Positions 51,379 through 60,000 of a stretch of 60,000 nt of DNA are shown here, one piece after another. Origin of the DNA: Laetmonice hystrix. Its lineage: Eukaryota. The number at the start of each line of letters is the position of its first letter. The stretch's first letter is position 1. Location of the stretch: contig OZ249436.1 of NCBI GenBank assembly GCA_965235115.1, forward strand, positions 2,978,001 to 3,038,000. Reading direction: 5' to 3'. Position numbers and translations under genes: made by a program. The notes beneath the pieces were generated by a model. The model worked only from the letters and a program-made list of their open reading frames with translations. It ran no database searches and had not been told where the DNA came from.

Positions 51379-51690
51379 CAGGCTTCCCACGGTCATGAAA
51401 AGTCATGGAAAATGACATTTTGGTTTCCAGGCCTGGAAAAGTCATGGAAAATAGAAAAACGAGGGAAAGTCATGAAAAAATCATGCAATTTGAGATTTAT
51501 CTTTTTGACAATTTTTGTTTCTGTTAGGCCTAAATTGTAAAGTTCCACGGCGTACTAGGGAACAATTCTGGGATTATAGTGTATTTTGTTAATTATTTTT
51601 ACGGAGTTGGTCATGAAATTTGGGAGATTTGGTATAGGGAAGTCATGGAAAAGTCATGAAATTTCAATTAGCCAACCTGTGGGAACCCTG
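51379..51690. mobile_element. MITE with CAGG termini and internal AAGTCATGGAAA repeats
   Basis: TIRs CAGGCTTCCCAC / GTGGGAACCCTG (11/12 match), flanked by CA on both sides (possible 2-bp TSD), with several subterminal GTCATG(G)AAA motifs. Superfamily uncertain. Confidence 0.7.
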
Positions 51691-52537
51691 CAAAGTCATC
51701 TCGAACTGAGACATCATTGATTACAAGGAATTATTTTACTGTGGCCCAAAAGTACATGTATTGTAGACATGCTGAAAGAGCATGTCGTCATTTTGAACGC
51801 AGTTATTCAGAGGTCATCACCAATAGCAACCGTTGACGTAGCCAGAAAATATAAGGGTTCCCCTCGGACATGGCACAGGTCCATTGGCCGTCAGAGCTGT
51901 AGAATGTGCTGATTTCTAAATGATTGTGGTTTGGATCACTGTGGTCCCTGAGGGACATGGGTGAGGGAAACAGAAAGTGTGAAATAATGGTTTGATTACC
52001 CATTATAGGGCGGGAACGTTTCACTCACTGGAACGTCAGAACCTGGGAATGCAAGCAATTGTTTACATTGAATGATCCGCGGGTAGACCAGTGCATACAG
52101 GTCAATGTGAAACAGTTGACGATTATTCATTTAATAACAATTCAAGTCCTTATTTGGTAACGTGTTTCAGATGATCCTGAATGTGTGCCCTCTAAAGTTC
52201 CCATACACATGTAATTATGTTGCCGAATAACAGAACTGCATCCTTACTGGATAGTGGCTCCCCCTGGAGGAAGACTTGGGTTACGGTTACAAGTTGGAAA
52301 CTTCTGTCTTCATGTGCCAACTGTCCACGTTATTTTCTATTGCTGCTGAGGCCTAACTTAACGGAGCGCAATTTTTCGACTGACTGCGTTGATTGGCCTG
52401 TAATCAAGCCATAGGTCGCCCCAACGTGAATTTCAGTATGTAGAGGGGGCGTTGCCCCAAGTGACCCCGTCTTGAAGTTACGCCATTTCTCGGTCAAGAC
52501 AACGGTTTTCGCCAAAATTTTATATGTTTTGGATTTA

Positions 52538-52598
52538 ACTATAGAATGCCTCAGAAAACTATAGAATGCCTCAGAAAACTATAGAATGCCTCAGAAAA
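52538..52598. repeat. 20-bp tandem triplication
   Basis: AACTATAGAATGCCTCAGAA x3. Confidence 0.9.
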
Positions 52599-53193
52599 AG
52601 ATTCATAAGCCGTTCGAAAGTGCGATTCCTCCAATTGTGACCCTTTAAGCTTAAAGGTTCTGATTGGTTCGTTTGTTGCAACCAATCAATCAGCAGAACC
52701 AAACCTAAGTTACAACCAAGCCCCACAACCACTGAGCTCACTCAGGATGGCTTGATTGGCTTGATTGTGGGTTGAATGTGGACAGGCCGACCTCCCAATC
52801 ATGGAGTCGTGGAGTAACAGAAGGATCGGCCGAGCGGTGCGGAAGTTTGGTCCGTCGGATCCCATCGTCCGCCGCCCTCAGCCACCGCCTCTGATGTAAC
52901 GGTTCCGGGGTCAAAGGTTACAAGTCTGTGGGAGAGGGGTGGGGTAGGAGACTGGAGGGTGCTGTCTGGTGAGGGTACACAGGCAGCCAGGTGAGACGGC
53001 TCAGTGTCAGACGGTAGATTCCATCCTGGCAGGCGGCAAGACGAGACGTCTACACCCCTCTGTAACCCCGCCAGGCGTCACACATCCCTCTCCAACCCCG
53101 CCAGGCGTCACACACCCCTCGGGCTCTCAGCGAACCCAACCCCTTCACAGATCATCCCCTCCTCGAGGGGACCGGCCGGCCCTGCAAGGGTTC

Positions 53194-53856
53194 TCCCGGG
53201 ACACGTGGCCCTCGGGCCCGGTGAGGTAACTGGTCCCTCACTCGACTCCTCGGCCTGAGAATCCCGGGACACGTGGCCATCGGGTCCGGTGAGGTCACTG
53301 GTCCCTCACCCGACTCCTCTCACTGTAAGCCAGGCCTGAGAATCCCGGGACACGTGGCCCGAGGGCCTGGTGAGGTAACTGGTCCCTCACCCGACTCCTC
53401 TCACTGTAAGCCAGGCCTGAGAATCCCGGGACACGTGGCCCTCGGGCCCGGTGAGGTAACTGGCCCGTACCCCGACCCCTCTCATGGTGAGCCAGGCCTG
53501 AGAATCCCGGGACACGTGGCCCTCGGGCCCGGTGAGGTAACTGGTCCCTCACCCGACTCCTCGTAAGCCAGGCCTGAGAATCCCGGGACACGTGGCCCGA
53601 GGGCCTGGTGAGGTAACTGGTCCCTCACCCGACTCCTCTCACTGTGAGCCAGGCCTGAGAATCCCGGGACACGTGGCCCGAGGGCCTGGTGAGGTAACTG
53701 GCCCGTACCCCGACCCCTCTCACTGTAAGCCAGGCTTGAGAATCCCGGGACACGTGGCCCGAGGGCCTGGTGAGGTAACTGGTCCCTCACCCGACCGGTG
53801 AGGTAACTGGTCCTTCACCCGACCGGTGAGGTAAATGGTCCCTTACCCGACTCCTC
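53194..53856. repeat. GC-rich minisatellite, ~81-bp unit, ~8 copies
   Basis: CCCGGGACACGTGGCCC...GGTGAGGTAACTGG...CCAGGCCTGAGAAT recurs about every 81 bp. Confidence 0.93.
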
Positions 53857-54968
53857 TATTCTTACATACCGGTAGATGTGTAATCCATATGGTGTAATCA
53901 GGATCTGGGGATTTAGACACAGCGCTGATGAAGAAGTCAATTTTATATGGTTTTACTCATCAGTGAGTTTGGTACGTAGAACTAGGTTTCATTTTAAATC
54001 GGCCTCACTCTATGATATGAGAACATCGATCACTGTAAAGTATGTGATACTTCACGTCATGTCTCAGTCAGTGGGAGGTGGTGTAACTCCGAGCACCTTG
54101 GTTTGAAAGATGGGGAGGTAGTTTTGATAAGGAACCTCTGCCCGACAAGTCCCCTTAACTGAGGCGTACCCAAGTGACCCCAGGATGATTCAGTGTCACC
54201 GTGAGAATATTCACACCTAAAACCAGTGGTTGATCATCACCAAACAAAACGAAACCCGTGCCAAGAGAACCGTCCTAATGACATGAAACCTCACCGAAAT
54301 GATCGTCCATGGGGGTAGGATCCCCTCCGAGTACCGGTCCGGGGGCAAGGTCAGAGGTCGGAGGTGGGTGGCGGTGTTTGTTTCTGCCCACAGGTGGAGC
54401 CACCAGCAGGGGGAGGGGCTGGTCTGATTGACACCTCAGCGAACGTCTGCCAGACGCTACCATTGTTTTTATGACGCGTTTTACGTGGGACGGAACGTAA
54501 AGTTGGCAACGTCTGACCAAACAATTGGTCGTCACGAGAGCTTTGTAATTGACAACAACATTTATTACAAAACAGTTGGCCATTAAAGTATGGCATAAAC
54601 ACAGCAATGTCGACAGAATACGACTGCGCACATGTCGCCACAATTTTAGCGAGCCGGAATTTATGCAACGGCCCCCAGAACTGATTTATCATAGCAACAT
54701 GCAATCGACCGTGCTATTCTAGTCAGTCAAGTGGAAACAAAACACCAAACACGAATAAAGTACATTTATCATTATTTCAACCAGTTTTACAAAATGCCAG
54801 GGCAAACCTTTACAGCCCTAGGTTGTAGAACGCTGGTATAGACGTATGTTGTAATGTAGGTCTATTTTACCTGACTGTTCCCAGTCTGCGACAAACAAGA
54901 GGTGTGTTTTCCGAGTGTCCTTGATGACCTCCTACAGTCCGAGACACTCCATTAATTAGAACCCAGGG

Positions 54969-55026
54969 GGCTGATTACAGACACGAGGCTGATTACAGAC
55001 ATGAGGCTGATTACAGACATGAGGCT
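54969..55026. repeat. Short tandem repeat, ~17-bp unit, 3-4 copies
   Basis: Repeated GGCTGATTACAGACAYGA-type unit. Confidence 0.85.
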
Positions 55027-55593
55027 GATTACAGACATGAGGCTGAAAGGGCTCGGCACAATACCACGTTTTCAAGTTTTAAAAAGTTGCTTTGTAAAAA
55101 GTTTCCAAAGATCCCATTCCCCACCTGACTCCTTTTACTGAGGGGTAATTTTACCGTCTGTAAGCTTTACATTCCTGCGGCGCGTTCAGGGCGCCCCCTC
55201 CTCCTCAGGGGTGTAATTGTTACCCCACCAGGGGTGACGAAACACCCCCTCGGGCCGGGTGGGTTGGCCTAGAGTTTGCTGTTGTACCTGTGAACCCGTG
55301 AAAAGACCACAGGAATCTGTAGGTCCGGGTTGGAATGACATGAGTAAAATTACGTCAAGGTTTAGAAGATGCCTCAGGGGCCACGGTAAGAGGTTTGAAT
55401 AATGTCCTCCAAACAGTCCAAATAAGGTCATGCTCTGATAATGTTTTCAACTAACATTTTTTTATCTTCAGGAGTAGGCGTAATCAAATGTTAGAATCAT
55501 TTCTATATTAAAACGAGACTTCTGAACAAAAGGACAAACAGTGGAACTACAAGCTTACTTAATACATTCTTCAATAGATTGCATTTATAGGTT

Positions 55594-55870
55594 TTTTACG
55601 GGATAAGTAACGTACAAACAGCTCTATACAATGATTGGTTATGGGATCAGTTACAGAACCGATTGTACGGGATAAGTAACGCACAAACACCTCTATACAA
55701 TGATTGGTGTTGTGGGATCAGTTACAGACCGATTTTACGGGATAAGTAACGCACAAACACCTCTATACAATGATTGGTTGTGGGATCAGTTAAAGAACTG
55801 ATTTTACGGGATAAGTAACGCACAAACATCTCTATACAATGATTGCTCTTATGGGATCAGTTACAGAACC
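55594..55870. repeat. Minisatellite, ~70-bp unit, 4 copies
   Basis: Repeated TACGGGATAAGTAACGCACAAACA.CTCTATACAATGATTGG...GGGATCAGTTA. Confidence 0.92.
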
Positions 55871-56200
55871 AGTGAACCATAGATCTGATCCTTAATTTGA
55901 TCCTTCCAGACCACCAGGTATCCCGTTTGACTGTGGACCGCACGCAGGTGGACCAGTGGTTAGATCTGATTAAAGTCAGCTTTATACACTGTTCCGCTTG
56001 TACTGGGTGAGACCGCGACAAAAAAAGACACATTGAAAAATCTCGCCTCACACGATCGTGTTTCCTGCTTCATTAAGTGCCAACCCGCACGTGAACGATT
56101 GAACCCAGAGATCTCATGGAGACAAGTGTGACGTCATGATCTGTGTGAGAGTCGCACACTTCTCAACCGGTTCCAGTTAACTTCAGCTTGGACGGCTCTG

Positions 56201-56666
56201 AATGGCCACCAACCCCATGTACCAGGATTGAGGTACTGCAGGGGGTCAGAACAATGGCCACCAGCCCGGTGTACCAGGTTTGAGGTACTGCAGGGGGTCA
56301 GAACAATGGCCACCAGCCCGGTGTACCAGGTTTGAGGTACTGCAGGGGGTCAGAACAATGACCACCAGCCCCGTGTACCAGGTTTGAGGTACTGCAGGGG
56401 GTCAGAACAATGGCCACCAGCCCCGTGTACCAGGTTTGAGGTACTGCAGGGGGTCAGAACAATGACCACCAGCCCCGTGTACCAGGTTTGAGGTACTGCA
56501 GGGGAGAACAATGACCACGAGCCCCGTGTACCAGGTTTGAGGTACTGCAGGGGGTCAGAACAATCACCACCAGCCCCGTGTACCAGGTTTGAGGTACTGC
56601 AGGGGGTCAGAACAATGGCCACCAACCCCATGTACCAGGATTGAGGTACTGCAGGGGGTCAGAACC
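56201..56666. repeat. Minisatellite, 52-bp unit, ~9 copies
   Basis: Unit TGGCCACCAGCCCCGTGTACCAGGTTTGAGGTACTGCAGGGGGTCAGAACAA. Confidence 0.95.
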
Positions 56667-57068
56667 TAGGTTCAGATGACCGGGGGTATGTTGAATAGGC
56701 GGGGGGGGGGGGGTCACTTGAAACTGTTACACTGGCCCTCCACCCAATCAAAACCACTTATTGACGTCAGAGACCAGTTTGAGGTCTCGGGACGGTAAAT
56801 TGTAGGAGTGTGGCGTGGGGTCGATCCCAGTCAAGGTAAGCTGTCACGTGACAGGTAGAACGTTAGGATTTGTAACATGTAAGACAACCAGGATATTAGA
56901 CCCGGCAGACGTCAGTATGGAGAGCGTTTCGAGCCAACCGCTGAGTTAGCTGGATTTTATTAGACCAGACAGGGAATGAATCCCAGGAATCTATCTAATT
57001 CACATGACCTTTTCGGTTGGAACCGGGCGACTGTCAAAACATGAAATTCGCCGAATGCTTTCGCCTCA

Positions 57069-57128
57069 ACAGTTGGTAAACTGTTTCAGCAGTTGGTAAA
57101 CTGTTTCAGCAGTTGGTAAACTGTTTCA
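57069..57128. repeat. 20-bp tandem triplication
   Basis: CAGTTGGTAAACTGTTTCAG x3. Confidence 0.88.
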
Positions 57129-57231
57129 AACCCAGAATGTGAGCTGTTCCTTGTGTCCGTTAAGTAAGTTAACTTGGCCCTGGCAATTTGGGGTTAATTA
57201 AGACAAACAGCAGGGTGATTTCTCAGGGAAC

Positions 57232-58385
57232 GTCTGGTCCAGGTCAGGGACCGCTGTATGAGAGCGATCTGAGGTACAGTGAATTAGTTCAGAGAGTGTC
57301 TGGTCCAGGTCAGGGACCGCTGTATGAGAGCGGTCTGAGGTACAGTGAATTAGTTCAGCGAGTGTCTGGTCCAGGTCAGGGACCGCTGTGTGAGAGCGAT
57401 CTGAGGTACAGTGAGTGTGTGGTCCAGGTCAGGGACCGCTGTGTGAGAGCGATCTGAGGTACAGTGAATTAGTACAGAGAGTGTCTGGTCCAGGTCAGAG
57501 ACCGCTGTGTGAGAGCGATCTGAGGTACAGTGAGTGTCTGGTCCAGGTCAGGGACCGCTGTGTGAGAGCGATCTGAGGTACAGTGAGTGTCTGGTCCAGG
57601 TCAGGGACCGCTGTGTGAGAGCGGTCTGAGGTACAGTGAATTAGTTCAGCGAGTGTCTGGTCCAGGTCAGGGACCGCTGTGTGAGAGCGATCTGAGGTAC
57701 AGTGAGTGTGTGGTCCAGGTCAGGGACCGCTGTGTGAGAGCGATCTGAGGTACAGTGAATTAGTACAGAGAGTGTCTGGTCCAGGTCAGAGACCGCTGTG
57801 TGAGAGCGATCTGAGGTACAGTGAATTAGTTCAGAGAGTGTCTGGTCCAGGTCAGGGACCGCTGTGTGAGAGCGATCTGAGGTACAGTGAGTGTCTGGTC
57901 CAGGTCAGGGACCGCTGTGTGAGAGCGATCTGAGGTACAGTGAATTAGTTCAGAGAGTGTCTGGTCCAGGTCAGGGACCGCTGTGTGAGAGCGACCTGAG
58001 GTACAGTGAGTGTGTGGTCCAGGTCAGAGACCGCTGTGTGAGAGCGATCTGAGGTACAGTGAGTGTCTGGTCCAGGTCAGGGACCACTGTGTGAGAGCGA
58101 CCTGAGGTACAGTGAGTGTGTGGTCCAGGTCAGAGACCGCTGTGTGAGAGCGATCTGAGGTACAGTGAATTAGTTCAGAGAGTGTCTGGTCCAGGTCAGG
58201 GACCGCTGTGTGAGAGCGATCTGAGGTACAGTGAGTGTCTGGTCCAGGTCAGGGACCGCTGTGTGAGGGCGATCTGAGGTACAGTGAGTGTCTGGTCCAG
58301 GTCAGGGACCGCTGTGTGAGGGCGATCTGAGGTACAGTGAGTGTCTGGTCCAGGTCAGGGACCGCTGTGTCACAGTGTGAAAGCG
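57232..58385. repeat. Minisatellite with interspersed 66-bp and 53-bp units, ~20 copies
   Basis: GTCTGGTCCAGGTCAGGGACCGCTGTGTGAGAGCGATCTGAGGTACAGTGA, with or without ATTAGTTCAGAGA, then GT. Confidence 0.95.
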
Positions 58386-58909
58386 ACCTGAGATACAGTG
58401 AATTCGTTCAGAGCTCCTCAGGCACGACCAACTCTGGCTAGTTTTTATTTCGTTCATACACGTACATAATTTGGGAGGTTGATCCGTCAGAGGACAGACA
58501 ACCACTCACTGACAGCAACTATTGTGGCTGTTTACATCATAATAAAAACACTGTAAAGAGTTTGAAAATGACTTACTCCTGCGGCAGATAGGATTTGTTC
58601 ATCTATCATTGTAACCTGTCAAATGTTTTTATCGGTCAAAAGTCAAGTGATTTATTTCCAGCAAGCTTTGTGAACAAAGATTGGCGTCAGAAGGTGCTAC
58701 TGTGGGAGCAAATGTCTATCTTTAGCACAGCTGGGTATATGAGAGACCTCCCCTGCCTTCGTTTAGTTTTTAGCAAGGTCTGCCTTTAATTCGTTTGAAA
58801 AAAACAGGTCGCGTTCTCTTTAGACATGTAAGTAGACTTTCATGCGGCAGGAGTTTATAATTGTACGTATTGTGGAGCAAATCGTAGCAGCAGTTTCCGT
58901 ATGTGATTC

Positions 58910-59145
58910 GTCATGGCGAGGTTAGGCCCACACTAACAAGGAACCTATGGGTGCCCACACAGAGGGTCCCACCGGGAGGACAAGTCAAACGGTCCCACAT
59001 CAAACACGTATGTCATTGGTCATGGCGAGGTTAGGCCCACACTAACAAGGAACCTATGGGTTAGGCCCACACTAACAAGGAACCTATGGGTGCCCACACA
59101 GAGGGTCCCACCGGGAGGACAAGTCAAACGGTCCCACATCAAACA
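58910..59145. repeat. Local direct duplication (~100 bp) with an internal 28-bp reduplication
   Basis: GTCATGGCGAGGTTAGGCCCACACTAACAAGGAACCTATGGG...CCCACATCAAACA occurs twice. Confidence 0.85.
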
Positions 59146-59721
59146 AGAAACTCTCCCGTTTATACGCTTTCAAACAGCGTGTATCTGTTGGTGACTTACT
59201 GGGAGACGTTGTACCATATCATTTCTCTGACTTATCTAACCATGGACTTTTTCTGCCGGATGTGTCAAACCCCCGGCAGTAGAAATCCTCAAGTGTCGCT
59301 CTACGACTGCAAAATTACAGGAATAGTTCACGCTACACAAGGTATTGTTCATATCAAATTATCATGGTGAATAAAGAATTCCCCGTCTCATTGCATTCTG
59401 GCACTCGATCCTTCAATCCCAGCCAAAATTTATCATTCTCTCCTTAGATTGGTCAAAGGTTTCGTAATAATTTGATCTAGCTTTAAGAGTAGTTCCTTCA
59501 GTGTATAGCCGCGGGAATTGGTATGATAGTAGGATATTTTGTGTGTTAAAAATACCGTTAATGTGCTATATGAGTATTACCATTCTCAGTGGCAGTGTGG
59601 TCACTCGACCGTGAAGAGTGTGTGGGGTATGCATGACTGCATGCGTGACAACACCGGCCTGTGCAGACAAAACCCAGACATCACGCATTCTATCACATGT
59701 TAAACACCCAGAAATGTGTTC

Positions 59722-60000
59722 ACCATGTGTCAGCAGATGGCCAGGTACCATGTGTCAGCAGATGGCCAGGTACCATGTGCCAGCAGATGGCCAGGTACCA
59801 TGTGCCAGCAGATGGCCAGGTACCTTGTGTCAGCAGATGGCCAGGTACCTTGTGTCAGCAGATGGCCAGGTACCATGTGCCAGCAGATGGCCAGGTACCA
59901 TGTGCCAGCAGATGGCCAGGTACCATGTGCCAGCAGATGGCCAGGTACCATGTACCAGCAGATGGCCAGGTACCTTGTACCAGCAGATGGCCAGGTACCA
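59722..60000. repeat. Minisatellite, 25-bp unit, at least 11 copies, runs off the window end
   Basis: Unit ACCATGTGYCAGCAGATGGCCAGGT. Confidence 0.95.

Noticed and set aside
53194..53856. E-box arrays (CACGTG here, CAGATG in the 25-bp array at 59722) as regulatory clusters
   Set aside because: A 6-bp motif in a 25-81-bp unit is likely by chance, unlike the 14-bp X-box-like unit.
41142..60000. Further Stox coding exons
   Set aside because: No frame with a recognisable downstream STOX motif (such as FSAQFPP) was found. Small exons could have been missed, but the next exon probably lies beyond the window.

Overview
Eukaryotic (metazoan, probably invertebrate) genomic DNA. Nearly the whole window is the 5' part of one plus-strand gene for a Storkhead-box winged-helix transcription factor (STOX1/STOX2, Drosophila knockout family). 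Three coding exons (229-661, 36755-36994, 40725-41141) are joined by phase-1 GT-AG introns of about 36.1 kb and 3.7 kb. Intron 3 starts at 41142 and I see no further exon before the window ends. The introns hold about 30 mutually unrelated minisatellites (roughly 15 kb, about 25% of the window, hand-summed) and several non-autonomous DNA transposons. These are two large Academ-like foldback elements with TA termini, 3-bp TSDs and arrays of YY1-type CAAGATGGCGGC motifs, two copies of a TTAA-TSD Kolobok-like MITE (one nested in the first foldback), a palindromic MITE, and a CAGG-terminus MITE. The most interesting details are two tiny hairpins flanked by 7-bp direct repeats that look like P-element excision footprints, a minisatellite whose unit is an RFX X-box-like palindrome, an apparently shifted splice donor adding 3 residues to the winged-helix domain, and a near-perfect 250-bp inverted duplication inside the second foldback. 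Almost all other listed ORFs are repeat-derived or chance ORFs. I found no convincing wholly new multi-gene system.
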